Below, piece by piece: positions 40,856 to 54,749 of a stretch of 64,000 bases of DNA. Source of the DNA: Tubiluchus corallicola (lineage: Eukaryota > Animalia > Priapulida); contig JAQGDQ010002367.1 in NCBI GenBank assembly GCA_030141605.1, positions 930,001-994,000 of the forward strand. The letters run 5' to 3'. How positions within the stretch are numbered: position 1 is the stretch's first letter; every line of letters starts with the position of its first letter. The notes under the pieces were generated by a model. It was not told the origin of the DNA, made no database searches, and saw nothing but the letters and a program-made list of their open reading frames with translations. The translations under genes and the position numbers were made by a program.

Positions 40856-41350
40856 CAGTGGCCGCCGCTTATTGTGGACACCTCGGGCCAGCAGTGTATG
40901 TCCATATTAAGCGGCTGTCCATATTAAGCGAAGTGACCCATGAAGACCCTTCCCCTTCATTAAAAAAGGCAAAAAACTGTCTGTATCTACTCGTCTCCTG
41001 TTTTATTGAAAAAAAGAAATCAGACGAGTTTGTTTGGCAGGAAACTTTTCTCTCAACCTTGAACGGAAGGAAGTTATCACAGTTTCGAAGCTCTCAAGGC
41101 CACGGCAAACGGCGAACTGACTGATGCAATGACTCACACAGGCAGCAGAGCGGGAAGCTCTTTTCAATCATGCGCGCAGGCCGTGGTTGGCACGGCTTGT
41201 CACGTGCCAAGAATGTTCGCTGTCCATATTAAGTGGCGGTTGTCCATATTAACCGGCGGATTTTATTAGGGGAAAATTCCGTCCCTCGCGAGTTGTCCAC
41301 AATAACCGGCTGTCCACAATAACCGTGTCCATAATAAGCGGCGGCCACTG
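40856..41350. mobile_element. Tc1/mariner (pogo/Tigger-like) MITE, 495 bp
   Basis: 26-bp TIR CAGTGGCCGCCGCTTATTRTGGACAC with one mismatch; TA target duplication on both sides; subterminal TGTCCATATTAA/TGTCCACAATAA repeats. Confidence 0.93.
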
Positions 41351-41429
41351 TACTATCAATAAGTGCATCAGATGTTTCGTGTAACAGAGACATGCAAGTC
41401 TCACCTTTGAGGATTATTAAGTTTTGAAT

Positions 41430-41988
41430 TAAGGATGTACCGTATTCGGATTCCTATATCTGGTAATTTTAGTGGATCCGGATCCAATAGAAATTTTAGT
41501 CAGATTTTTCACTATTTGTATTTCTATTTTGCTATGTGTAAAACTACCGAATGTGAAAAAATTGGAACGGGTAAGAAGAAATATATATAATAGTTTAATT
41601 ACCTAAATAATTTATTAAAATCTTTGGAAGTTTACGAAAGTACTGCTTAGGTTTTATGCCACCTTCTTGTAACCTTAATGCTGCCATTCCTTGAAGCAAG
41701 TAGCACACAAAGGTAGTGCTATTGCTGGAAAAGTTTAGTCTGCTAACAATTTAGAGCCATCTACTTCCAGAAAAGCATTGGTTGGCATTTTTAGTTTAAA
41801 CCGAGTGTGTATCAAGTGTTGAAAATTACAGTACATCAACGTTTGCAGTGCTTCCACTTAAAATTACTTATTGACTCTGAAAATGGACAGGCGATGCAAG
41901 CATGTGAGCAGAATGTCAAATAAATGAAATATTGTTTTCAATCCGGATCCGATCCGGAACCCACAAATGTGGATCCGGTGTGTCCTTG
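41430..41988. mobile_element. hAT-type MITE
   Basis: Perfect 8-bp TSD TTTTGAAT (41422-41429 and 41989-41996); imperfect TIR TAAGGATGTACCG / CGGTGTGTCCTTG; subterminal ATCCGG repeats. Confidence 0.85.
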
Positions 41989-42038
41989 TTTTGAATGACA
42001 TAAAAATGATTGATTTTTCAGTCTTAATTTTCTTTTAG

Positions 42039-42131
42039 ATTAGTGACATGGGTCTACAGTCAGTTGGGTATTACGGACATGATCTAAGGCATTTAAACCT
42101 TAAAAACTGCTTCAAACCTTCTTTGAGTACG
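42039..42131 (+). CDS. FBXL20: FBXL2/FBXL20 LRR exon
   Basis: ISDMGLQSVGYYGHDLRHLNLKNCFKPSLST; ttag| ... ACG|gtgagt. Confidence 0.9.
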
Positions 42132-42462
42132 GTGAGTATCTTCTTAAAAGATAAGAAAATAAGTGTGTGAGCTTATGAAAAGCCACTAGATCTAAGGACT
42201 ATTGAGAAAATGTTGATTTTGCAGTGAAAACAAAAATGATGTAATGTGTAGTTTAAATTGAAATTTTTTGTAGTATTTAATACTATTTGATAATATGATA
42301 TTGCTTAGATTGCAGTACTAGTACTATTAATGCTTTTAAAGAACAGGATCAGTAAATTTCACATGGAGTTGAAAAACTCTTCATGAAAAATGGCTAAAGT
42401 TTACAATTTTCCACACACAAGAAATTGGTTCGTGAAGCAGATTAGGATTAGGATTAAGGTCG

Positions 42463-43365
42463 GTAATAGTAATAGTAAATTTATTTAGCTTCATGAACTT
42501 AATACACTAGTTAAGATGTTAGTGCATATCATACAGATTAATATGAGCAGAGGTGATGAAAGACCATGCAGTCGCCCAGCTAGTCACCCCTATTTAGGTG
42601 TTGGTAATATTAACATTGTGCTAGTGGCAAATAATCAAAATCATAATTACATTAATTCAATAAAAATACAAGCATGTCTATATACATACACTACTTACAC
42701 ACATACTTGTACATGCATACACTGAGAATGAGATTAGATAATAGAATGATAATAATAAGAATAATGAGAAAAATAATACAGTCTTGAAGAAAATTTATGG
42801 GAGGTAGATTAACGATATTAAAGGAACTAAAATGGAAAATGAAATGCCAAAATTATAAACTGAAGACCATAGTGATAGAGCTAATTTGGAATACTTAAAT
42901 AATGTTAAAGATTTTGAGTAAATTGAATAGTTATATAAAGAAAATGGTGTTTTAAAATTGTTAAGTTATTAAGTATATGACTGAAGTAATTCATTTCTAT
43001 ATTTTAACATTAGTGTTTTAATGGTTGTAGAAGTTTATACCTGGGCTTTAGGGAGTTCCATAAAATAGCTCCACGATGTTGTATTGTGCAGAAACCTTGA
43101 TTGAATCTGCCCTGATATAAGTTACTATTTGCTGAGGCCCTAGTATTGTAATTTTGAACATCAGATATTTCCGTAAAATAGTTGCTATATAGATAGGATA
43201 ATATTCCCAAGTGGCAGCTTGAATTTGGCCTTTTCTAATTTATAGATTTATATCCATTAGTTTCAGTAACCCTAGAGCAAATATATATGAGGGGGTACCC
43301 CATTGCCTGTAATTAGTAAAACTCATTAGCTTAATTATTTTGTTTTGTGCAATAATAAACGGTAT
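42463..43365 (-). mobile_element. 5'-truncated CR1/L2-group LINE remnant
   Basis: Minus-strand ORF2 tail YFTEISDVQNYNTR...RGAILWNSL; 3' end AATAAATTTACTATTACTATTAC microsatellite tail. Confidence 0.75.
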
Positions 43366-44174
43366 AAAGCGCGGTCTCATTAGCTTTATTTAGTAGACAG
43401 TATTGAAGATAAGTGTTAATTAGAGCATAATAGGTTAGTTTTTCAGTTTCAGTATCCTTAGTTTCGATGTGTTACTGAGTTTGTATGCAATATTTTTTGC
43501 TTGCGTGACCAAGATATTTTACTGAGTTAACTTGTGCTATTTGATTATTATTTAAATTAATTTTGAAATCTATATTAACATTTCTTTTAGTAACGATCAT
43601 GTTTTTGGTTTTCTTATAATTTACAGAGTTTATTTGCATGCATTCAGGTATCTATTTTTACCAATTCTTCTGTTGTTTGAAGTCTGTGGGATTAAGGTTA
43701 CGGTTACGTTAAGTTAGAGTATTTAAATCGGTTGGCGAATTGTAACTGGAAGATATATATTATCTACAACTAATCTCACAACGTACAGCCATTTTAGTGG
43801 TGAACTGAAAAGCTAAAGCAGTTTTGTTAGTGCATAAATCACTGGCATATTAAAAATATATATTGTTTTCAGAATAAGCTTGTTTATAATCATTTTTCTG
43901 AACTATTGACACATACTGAAGTTGTGGGTCTCTGGTGTGTATTATTCAGCTTTTTAAATTTTCTTCTATTGTCGTGACCCTTTCAAACAAGTAAATTGTA
44001 CAGATGCTTTTGAGCATACTTCAGATTTTACTGATTTTCCCTTTTAACAGTTTATATCATTATTGCACAGTTAAATTACATCTTGATGTTTAAACATGTG
44101 AAAGTCTTATGTGTAAGCAAAATGTACGGTTTGCTTTGTATTTCTTCTATATAATCATTTTGGATGTTATACAG

Positions 44175-44366
44175 AGATTTGGGGATCGAGGTATTCGTTA
44201 TATCGCAGAAGGCTGTCCAAAGCTAGAATTCTTGTGTATATCTGGTTGCTTCAATCTATCTGACTTGTCGCTAATCTCAATTAGTCAAGGTTGTCCAAAA
44301 CTAAAGACCTTAGAAGTTGCCAACTGCTCACAGTTTTCTGATATGGGCTTCCAAGCTTTGGCAAAG
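44175..44366 (+). CDS. FBXL20: FBXL2/FBXL20 LRR exon
   Basis: RFGDRGIRYIAEGCPKLEFLCISGC...LEVANCSQFSDMGFQALAK; 64 codons, phase 0/0. Confidence 0.95.
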
Positions 44367-44558
44367 GTAAAGAGTATTTCTTCAAATTGAAGTTGGTTGA
44401 AATTGGAATTAGCAACCTGAAAATTGTTTCTCATTTAAATGATTGTACCCTGCCAACTTTACACTGAAGCTGACCTGGGCGATATCAGAGAAATTATGAA
44501 AACTTTTGTCTAGTAATTGGCAGACATATAAACTGATATTTAGCATTAGACTTTCAAC

Positions 44559-44839
44559 CAGGGCTGGATTACCCTATAGGCTAATATAGATTGCAGCCTA
44601 GGTACCCCTACAGCATTGGGGGCCCAAAACTTGAGGAGCCCCGCTAAATGACTTTCAAATATAATCTTTTTTTTTGAAAAATAAGTATAATATTTTAATA
44701 TTTTGCATTGCTGAATGATTCATTTAACATAAAATAAAGAGAGTGCCCAGGGAGTCCAAAAAACTGGTTATAAAAAACTGGCCCTTATTTGAGATAAAGG
44801 GTCACTGTTGGGACCCAAAAAGGTCATAATCTGGCCCTG
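44559..44839. mobile_element. hAT-like MITE (CAGGGCCGGATTA TIR family)
   Basis: CAGGGCTGGATTA ... TAATCTGGCCCTG; near-TSD CTTTCAAC/CCTTCAAT; GGCCC subrepeats. Confidence 0.8.
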
Positions 44840-45482
44840 CCTTCAATGTATATCAAAGTGTAGTGTAAAGAAACAAATCTCAGCTACATGTATATTGTTC
44901 ACAAGGTAACAGAACTTGAAGCTGAATCATCACAGTATTATAATCAAACAGTATTAAGAAAGTTAATTAAATCCATTCAGTCTACATTAACCACTGTAGT
45001 AATTTTGAAACCTCCCCTACGCAATTTATAAGTATACACCTCGATAACTATTTCAGATAAAATCAGTGAGTCACTGCCAATATGCAATTACATTGGTACA
45101 GTGGTAGTCACACATTGAATAACATGGGTATGTCGTCTTCAGTCACTCAAATGTAACTTGAGTGGAATTTCTCACTCACCAACCTGGCCAAAGTGCACAC
45201 ATCTTGTTGAGTTTATACTTCCTACATGTCATTACAAGAATAGCAGATCGAACTGATTATAGATACCATTTAGTCATATACACGTCTTTCAGTAGAAGAT
45301 TTAGGGGAACAGACGTAATTGTGTTTAGTGTTGTTTCAGACACAAGTGACTGATTTAACAAGTATATTAATTTCCGAGACGTGACAATTTATCAGTTACC
45401 AAGAAGTTTAGCATGATTAGAGTAAATCTGTGTCATTCAGAATCACGATAGGTGTTAACATCGCTAACAAATGTTCTTTCAG

Positions 45483-45584
45483 AACTGCCACGAGTTACGA
45501 CGTATGGATCTGGAAGAATGTACACTCATTACTGATGCTGCTTTGCTGCATTTAGCAGCCGGGTGTCCAAAGCTAGAACGTTTG
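45483..45584 (+). CDS. FBXL20: FBXL2/FBXL20 LRR exon
   Basis: NCHELRRMDLEECTLITDAALLHLAAGCPKLERL. Confidence 0.96.
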
Positions 45585-46332
45585 GTAAGTGTGAAATACT
45601 GAGCTGGTTGCTTTTTCCTGGTCTTGTAATTGTGAATCCTGTGCATCCCTAACATAGTTAAGAACTTTAGGCAGTAATATTATGTATGGACAAGTAGAGT
45701 TGTGCATATACCAAAACTGCTTCTAATTCATAACCAGGGTTTCTAGTCGGGATTTTTTTCTGACAGAATTCATGGGGATTCGGTTCTGTCTTAGATATTA
45801 CAGTGTTAATTTTAGTTTTGTGAAGGTGTCCTAATTGCTTTACCTTTCATTAAATTTTTTTTGACTTTTAATTTTCACGAAAAACTGAAATGGTAACTTC
45901 TGGGCCAAATTTCTTTCTTAGTTACAGAACTTTGAAGTTCATTTGTAATTCTTTATTTTTGAGCTAACTCGAATCTTGTAGTGTATGTAAAAATTTTGGA
46001 AAGAAACTTGCAATATCTTTTGCACACACACCTGTGCTTTTTTTGGTATTCACAGATGCACAGGTTCTTTCGACTAGAATTTGACCACAGTTAAACCCAG
46101 ATGTTTAATTGGCATTCACCAAGAAAATATGTCAGTTATTTATCGTATTATTAGTATGGTAAATTATTTAAATTTATAGATATCAATAATCTATTAATTT
46201 AGTAGAAGCCTTGCTGGACATCGATACCTATTGATTCTATTTTTACTTTTTTCTGTGTGTACGTGATTTAAACTTTCTGCACTGTTTTCCACGAAAATTG
46301 TTTGCTTTACTTAACAAGTTCTTATCTTTTAG

Positions 46333-46545
46333 GGTTTCTCGCATTGTGAGCTAATCACTGATGAAGGAATCGGTTACCTAGCACAAGGAGACTGTGGAGC
46401 AGATCATTTATTTGTTCTCGAACTGGACGGTTGCCCTTTAATTAGCGATTCAGCTTTGGACAAATTACATCGCTGCAAGATGCTGCAACGTGTTGAGTTG
46501 TATGATAGTCAAATGGTCACAAAAACCGGCATTAGTAGGCTGAAG
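46333..46545 (+). CDS. FBXL20: FBXL2/FBXL20 LRR exon
   Basis: GFSHCELITDEGIGYL...LELDGCPLISDSAL...VELYDSQMVTKTGISRLK. Confidence 0.96.
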
Positions 46546-46606
46546 GTAAATAATTCAGATTAGGTGACCCAAGCTCTTATAATATAAGGGGCCATCCACA
46601 TGTAAC

Positions 46607-47347
46607 TAGAGGCCAGAGCTGCGCTGTTTCAGCTGAGCTCCAGCCAGTTTATTTCTACAGCCGACCTAGCCAATAAGAAACCCAACTTTAGTTATTCCAG
46701 CCGCTAAGTGATGTGAGTCGAGCTAACCAATAATTTTGCCGACTGCGAAGATTTTCACTCTTGCCAATAAGCTACTGGCACAATTGATGTAAGTGGCTTA
46801 TGATCATGATGAAATATGGCAAATGCATCGCAGATTCGAAATATTGGCAAACACATTGCCAGATGTGCGTGTACTGGCAGAGATACAAAACTTTAGAAAT
46901 TTTTGAATGAGTAAACAGTCAATTCAAAATTAATGCACAATCAATATGCAAATAAGCAACGTTAGTCACGCGTATGGGATCATTTTGGTATTGGTTCGTC
47001 GGTAATCAAGATAAGCCTTGCCAAGGGTTGGATTTAAATTATATTTGCAATAAATCCATTGCTGTTTTATAATAATAAAAAAATGATCTCTGATGCATTA
47101 TTTGAATTTGTACATCAGCTTCTTGCTGTGTATAAACAACACGAATTATTTAAAAAATTAGTCTCGTTAATTTAACAGTTAACTAACAATTTGTCATTTG
47201 TTTCGTTAACAAAAATTTGCAGCTTCAGCTGACTTAGCTGATTTTTTGTCTAAGCCAACTCAGCTGAAGTCAGTCAACTTCAACTGACTCCTAGCCGATT
47301 TACTGTGTCAGCTGATGTAATAGCAACTGACTCAGTTTTAGCCTCTA
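46607..47347. mobile_element. Old hAT-like non-autonomous element
   Basis: TAGAGGCCAGAGCTG ... CAGTTTTAGCCTCTA inverted ends; near-TSD CATGTAAC/CATATAAT; CAGCTGA subrepeats at both ends. Confidence 0.7.
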
Positions 47348-47941
47348 CATATAATGATATCGAGTTTTCGACCAATTTCGAGGGCCTGCCTTGCATTATA
47401 ATGGAGTTATCATATGCCCTACCACTTATAATGATATGGTATCACACCGATGTAGATTTTTGTATATTTTATTCTTTCCTCTCCCAAGGACAGGTAACAA
47501 CATCACTTGTGTTAATCAATGGCAAACCATCAGTGGATTCTACTGGTATCGAAGGTGAAGGCGGTGGCAGCCCAACTCGCTGAATTCATTCTCAATGACT
47601 GCAGATTCGTCCTCATCGCGGCCGATGTAGCATTGTCTGCTACTGGCACGCATGTTTCATAAAAGCCTGAAGTTGAAAAAAGCAAGATGACGATATCTTA
47701 ACTAAATCACCTACCAACCTTGTGCTCTAGTGGCATTATCACATCTCCTGCCATGTACCATATATTTGACATCGTTAACCCTAACTTGTTAAAAGTATTC
47801 ATAAGTTTTTTAATTTGTCATTTCATATTTTGCATTTTTATGTTTATTTACATTTTGTATTGCTTTAGTACACTCGATCTGAATGTAAAGGAGCCTATGG
47901 CTCATTCTAGCTATCGAGTTTAAATAAAGATCTTATCTTAT

Positions 47942-48122
47942 CAGTCAAACCTTTTTATACTGCCTACTTAGGGACAGCAAAAAAACATTAAGCAAGTTCG
48001 GCATTATGAGTTGCATTAACACACGTGTCTATACAAATACATATATTTTTTACCAAAAATTTGAGCATTAAGCTGAGTAAGCGAGGCTAGCATGATAAGG
48101 GCATTATAACGAGGTTTGACTG
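47942..48122. mobile_element. Short Tc1/mariner-type MITE
   Basis: CAGTCAAACCTTTTTATACTGCC vs reverse complement CAGTCAAACCTCGTTATAATGCC; TA on the right; left flank is a LINE-like tail AATAAAGATCTTATCTTAT. Confidence 0.7.
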
Positions 48123-48587
48123 TAGTTTGATGCTATCTTGCAAAGATTACCGCATCCCCCCCCCCTTTTGTAGAAAGTTCACATCAAATTTTACTAGCTG
48201 AGAGTTTTCGTTTGTTGAATAAGCAAATTCAGACTTCATTATTAATGAGATATTGGCAGTAATAAAGTTCCTAAATCTATGCACCCCTAAATCACACTCT
48301 TGTTTCATTAAAGTTTCAATAGTACCTTTGATGCATTTCATTGAAATCGATAGTGCAATCTTACGAAGAAAAGCTATTATGTTTACCACTTATTTTAGAA
48401 TAACTTCACAACCAGTTTTTTCTTTTTTTCGTAGGACTACACTATTGAATAGACAAACTCAGATTTCATTATAATTGAGATATCGGAAATGATAAAGTTC
48501 TTGAAAGTCCTTTTGCTTCACCTGAAAATTTGACTGGATGTAACAAAATCCAATCTTTTAGAGGAGTGAAATACATTTTTTTTTCAG

Positions 48588-48698
48588 GTGCACCTACCAA
48601 ATCTCAAGGTACATGCATATTTTGCACCGACAACGCCAACGAGTCCTACACCACACGCCACACCTCGCCGTTACAATTTGTGCTGCTGTATAATGTGA
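48588..48698 (+). CDS. FBXL20: FBXL2/FBXL20 last exon with CaaX box
   Basis: VHLPNLKVHAYFAPTTP...RRYNLCCCIM*; HLPN.KVHAYFAP.TP is the FBXL2/20 signature. Confidence 0.96.
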   Translation: MHLPNLKVHAYFAPTTPTSPTPHATPRRYNLCCCIM

Positions 48699-51600
48699 TA
48701 ATACGCCATCATCATGTTTGACAATGCAAACGTCACAGTGATAACTGACATGAATACCTGCTTTTTTCTCTGCTGGTTCTTAGAAATCTGAAATGGCCGT
48801 GTAAGCTGTATGAATTGCAGTTATGAAACTCCAGAAAAAGTCGTACTTAGGAATGTGACATTAACAAGATCTTTAACTCTAACTAGTGGGCTAATTAGGA
48901 GCTCGTTAGTGTGGTCCGTCTCGCAAGGCCTCACTGTTTTAATGATCTCATTAATTCAAACTTGATGACGTTTTGCGAAAAGCATTTCCTAAGCAGGTCA
49001 CTTAATAAATTAATGATGTTATTTTAACGAGACCTTTGTGTGTGGATGGAGCCAGAGGCATTTTTGAGTGGTTTCATTTGATATTCTATAAGATATTCAG
49101 ATATATTAATGTGTCAAAAATTGTAACTGTTAGGATATGTTTGTTTAACAATTGTTGGTTAGTTGATTGGCAGAATTTTTTTAAGTGAAATACCATATAT
49201 TTCTATATTCTTCGTGAATAATTAGATGATGGTAGTATTATATGTTGAGACAGCTTCCACTAATTTTTCTAAAACATTTAGTAATTGTTTTTCGTGATGT
49301 TAGTTAACTGTCTACACTTACAATGATTTACTATTAGGCACAAAGTAATCTCACTGGCAGTAAATACTGAACAGTGAGACAATTAAACCAGTAAATTGTG
49401 CATATATTTCGCTGATTAGGAGAAAAAATGTCCCAATTTGTTTCTTTAAAAATTGTAGTGTATTTCCTATTTGACTATGTTTTGTACATGCATTATAATT
49501 TCCTATAACGTATTAGCAGCTCATTGTCACAAAACATAGTTTGCAATAATGATCCTTAATGCGGAATTGATTTCGCAATTAAGGGCAAGATTTTCTGTGG
49601 CAACTGCTAAACTGTACTACTTCCGTGTTTAAATTATTTAAAACGTACTGGCTATTCACAAAGTGAATATTACAAAGTGATAACTAGCTATTCACTGGTT
49701 CATGTAAATTCCAGCAGAGCCCAAGCAGTATAATTATGCAGCCACAATTTCAACATGTAAAAATTGTATGTAGCTAAATTTTAGTATGAATATTTATTAC
49801 TATTTATAATAGTTGTTCTAATTGAACAATCATAGAATTTGTGATATTTTGTATTGTACATTCCACATTTAGCTTGATGTTGTTTGTGTGTTTGCTGTCT
49901 GTGATTTTGTAAGTATAGTTAAATTAACAGAATCACACTGAGTAGAACTATATAACAGAGAAAGACAGTCTTTTGATAAAAACATTATATATTGCTTGCT
50001 TTAATATGTTTCAAATTTGATTAAGTTAGCATCCTGCACATCCCATTTAATGCAGTGGCAATGCATTGTGTTATAAATTAATTTTAACATATGTCCAGGC
50101 TCTGTGTCTCATTTCTGAACTGATTGCATAACTTTTTATTGCATCAAAACAAAATTGCCACTAGCAAAGTTGTAAAAATACATTATAATTTATAAATGTA
50201 GATTTGTTTATTGTTCTTAGTACATTATTGACTTGTTTTTGTCAGTTTTCTCATTAACACCAGTGGTGTAATATCTTTTGTTCTGTAAGCTGTTTTATAA
50301 ATCATATTATAGCAATTAAATATTACTCTGTCGTAAAATGTACAGTAACATACAATTTTTGATCTAGTCTACGGATATGGATGTACAAGTTCAAGAGAAG
50401 GAACGTATGTATGCACAAGGTTATATGAATTGACCGATGCATTCTCACTGTATTACGAATTCGTATAATTAGTTGATAGTTCGTTTATAACTATTATTAT
50501 AATGTGCTCGGAATGTATTATGCCATTTTTTGCAACTTTCAAGTATTGTATGTATGAATTTTAAAAATGGTGCCACAGAATAAACTGAAGTGCAGTTTGC
50601 TAGTCAAGTTGATAAATTAATTTACCATTATTGTGTGATAACCTTAATTAAAGTTAAGGTTTGGTGAGTGTTGCTTTTAATGGTGTTTTGTACCTGTATA
50701 GAACTTTCGTGTACTCTCTATGTATTATTGATATAACCAGATTTTTTACCTACATTTTCTAGGTTTGTGCAGTAAGACATTCTTGTGTGGTGTCATTTTA
50801 TTCATTTGTATTTTAACCTGTGACAGATGTGCACTATAAGAAATTTACAATAAATTGATTTGAATTTGAAAACAGTTTTGAATTTTTGGTGATTAAAATA
50901 CAATTGTTTCCATCAACTCAGTTCGAACTGGATAAATTTTGTAGAGGGGTAACCGTTACATATCTACCATAATCAATGAGCAACACTATTATTCCCTCAA
51001 AATTAGGAGTAGGTTTGTGAATTCAGATGCTTTGCCATCATTTTATGGGGAAGCAAAATTGCAAGATACAAATCATGCTTGTAATTTTTTTATAAAAGCA
51101 GATTGTGCGACAATGGCAAGAACTCATCAAAACAAACGACCCAGTTGAGGAGAAAAACTGAGAAAAAAGAAAAAGTGCAACAAGAAAAAAGAAGTCACCA
51201 AGGAAATTTTTGTGATTTTACGTCAAAAAACATGGGACTCAAGATTTAGGCATGAAAGAGATGGACTAAAAAAGTGAACAAAAGACAGTGAAAAAGAATG
51301 GACTACAATGCAAAGCACTAGCACATAATAAAAGAATTTTGAAAAATTTTGATCCAGCCTAAAACGTGTGCAGTGGTAAGAACAAAGGCGTTGTTTCCAT
51401 TTTGATGATTGTTAACAAACTTTAACAAAATTTTCCGCGGACAAGGCAAGGTCCACTCTTTGCGGGTGTGCACAGAAGGTGCAAAATATAATGGTAAGTC
51501 ATAACAATGAGAAAATTGGCCTGCCATCAGTTTGCTGCATTGGAATGACAGGAACATGTCTATGTGTATTAAATTATTATTACTACTGACTTTCTTTCCA

Positions 51601-53490
51601 AAGTATCTGAGATAACAGGGAAGACATGATGTGGGGACATAGAAAGAGTTCCACATAAAAGCGACTTGGCAAAATATGCTCGAAAGGTGTGGCATAACAG
51701 CGGGATTTCATGCAAGTCAATAGCAAACTGACAAGATCTAGCAGCTTATCTCCACGGAAGAAAACTACTTTCGAATTAGAATGGCACTTAGTAGAGTGCA
51801 GACCTGTGCCAATGGCGGAGGGGTGACCTATCCATGAAGTTAACGAAAATCAGTTAAATAGTTTTTGTTTAAAGGAAAACTGGACCCAATCCTAAACTGT
51901 ATGTCAAAACAATCTATTCTTTAAATATTAGGGAACATACTATTTTTTAAAGAACGCCTTGCGTGAAAGAATTATTTAATTGTCAGAAATGCTTTGGCAT
52001 TATACATTTTACCATACTTCAAAATGTGGTAGGATATGAAAAATTGTCTTGTTTTGCTTTAATACTAACATAAACAAACAGTAGATATTGTAGAGCACTT
52101 GAATAGAATAAATCTGATACAAACAGCAAAATATACAATGTAGTCATATTGAAACAATTTGCTTCACACATTTACTTAGCTATCACACTGCATATACTTA
52201 CATGCAGACCACCAAAATAAGAGGCTACCACAATCAGAAAATAAAATGTGTTCAGGTAAGTACTATTGCATATTGTGCACTATTACCTACTAAAAATCTG
52301 AATACATAATTGGCCAATGCAGGATGGCTTTTGAACCTGCTTCAATTTGATAAAACTTGCAGTTGCAAGCAAATTTCTTAGATCATTATAAAAAGCACAT
52401 AAAATTGTAGTGAAGGTATGCCGGCACGCAATTCTTTTCTTAACAAATGTGCAAGCAAAAAAACAAACGCCTAATACTAGAGCTACATAACAGAAGTACT
52501 TCCATTATTATAAGACTTACAGTTAAATAAACCGAAAAATCTATGCTAAAAAGTTTTCAACTTGTCAATTTGTTTAAGAAAACAATAACAAACGTAATCT
52601 ATATAACACGTAAAAAATCACATGCAGCAAGAAAAGATTGTAGACTACACAACAATTAAAAAAATTGTTTTGATTTCATCAATAAAAATGAATCAATTAG
52701 AGTTGTCATACATATAATTTTATAATTCATCCTGTTTTTAATGTTGGACTCTTTCAAGCAAAGTTTAAAAAGTAGTTTCAAGAGAAAAATCCTTAAAATA
52801 ATGGGAAACTCAACAAACTTTGAACTGAACAAGTTCATATCACAAAGCAAAGCTGCTTTACAAACACTAAGGAAATTATATTTCTAAACAAAATAAGACC
52901 AAGTTAACCCCTATTTGTAAACAAAAATAAGACCAAGTTAAGCCCGTAACAGCTTTATTTATAACTAGCTCTTTTCGACATAGCTGCAGAGATATTTCTT
53001 ATGTTAAAGTATTAAAATGAAATTTTTTACAGGTTCTTAACCACAAGATCTACTTTACCCATCTGATGGTATGCGGTTAGAGAGAATTTTGCGGCTTTCT
53101 AACAATGTATGACACAATAAATTTCGTTGACACTGAGGCTTTCTATAGCTGTCCAAACTAGAACCTTACACATGTTTAGAGCCTGCTGTCGCAGCTGCAA
53201 ATGACTTAATGACTTGTAGCTATGGCAGTAAATTAAAAAATAAGTTACAGATGTAGTAGTAACATTTGTTTTTTCTTTTGAAGCTATTTGGGCAAATTGC
53301 ATGAGAAAGCAGCAGTTCACTAAGCATCGAAATAACATAAAATTAATATCTAGTAAGGAATGTAAAAGCTGTGCTATTAATAATTGCAAATTACAAAATA
53401 TAATACGATTTATACACAAACCATGGAATCATAGCAAATAATTGCAATTATTAACTCAGTAATAACAGAAAAAGCAGTGTTCATAACTGG

Positions 53491-53608
53491 CTACTGATTT
53501 GGCCCTAACCCTTGGTTTTCTTTCTCAACATCTTGCTTCCCTTTTGAATTAGTAGAGCTCTCTGATGGCAGTGCTATTTGTTTTAAAAGTTTTCTTGGCT
53601 TAGGTTTC
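53491..53608 (-). CDS. Spo12-like small protein, exon 2
   Basis: ttttgctttgcag|G acceptor, phase 2 matches exon 1 (AT|G); encodes MKPKPRKLLKQIALP...VEKENQGLGPNQ*. Confidence 0.75.
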
Positions 53609-54294
53609 CTGCAAAGCAAAAAGTACAAGACTGAATAGGCCCACAGAATTTAGTTCACCATTAATATACAAAGCCCGACCAAAATTAACGTAGAACCCTA
53701 AGTACAATCCATAGTTTTTCTTCTTTCGACCAGATAATCAGATGTGGTATCAAACAATTAATAATTGTGGGGTTATTCTGACAATTTTAATCATATTTTC
53801 TTTTGAGCTTAAAATCATAAGCTTTATTGCAGTCATTTTCTGGTCATTGCTCTGTCAAAGAATGGTAAAATAAATGTTTGTGGGTGCATATCAGCAGCAG
53901 CATAGCATTTTTTAAATTTTTAATTCTATGTTCTTATGTTGGCCTAAAGGACATAACAGTACTTTATCACTATAAAAAGTATTGTTTTGAAGAAGTGCTA
54001 AACAACAATTACAAAGCCACAATAAATCATTGGAAGGTTTGTGAAAACAGCAGGAGTTACTGGAAACTAAATGTTACGAAGGAGACTTTCTTTTTAAATG
54101 TGAACGAGTAGTGCTCCACCTTACACAATTACACCTAATACTGCTGGTACCACCAGTATGCATCATTATTCATTACATATATGACTAACAAGATGCATTT
54201 GCCCAGAACAGTGCATGTTTTTTATGAACCAACACTGACTGTCTGTCTTTTTATTATAATGGACAATGTTTTTAAAAGGCAAAATAAAGAATAT

Positions 54295-54720
54295 ACTACT
54301 ACTACTACTACTAAAAGCAAAGAAACAAGCCCTGCCATTGGGTGCTATTTTTGAGCACTTGTCTTAAGTCGTAATTTGAAATTGAAACATTCAAGACTAA
54401 TTTACTCTAAACTGGGGAAAATTACTATTTACCTTTCAAACTTAATAACTCAGCTGGCTACATCGCTTTGACACTGAGCCCGCAATTTGCTTTTGAAAAC
54501 ACTAGCATTTGAGGCACTAATTACATCGTTCAGCAAGGTATTCCAGCAGGGAATAGCTCCTTTGGTGAAAAAATGACCTTTTATATTAGTATGATAGAAA
54601 CGCTGGAAAAGTTGTATCGAATATCCACGTAAATCATATTGACGATGAGTCGGGAAGAAGAGGTCTTACTCAAGATGGTCAACTCGTTCAAAAATTTTTA
54701 AACAATGAATGAGATTTATA
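54295..54720 (-). mobile_element. CR1-like LINE 3' fragment
   Basis: Minus-strand YDLRGYS..LF...KGHFFTKGAIPCWNTL..DVISA.NASVFKSKL; (TAG)n tail at 54295-54312. Confidence 0.7.
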
Positions 54721-54749
54721 GTTTTATGGTGATGTACTGTGGTGACCAG

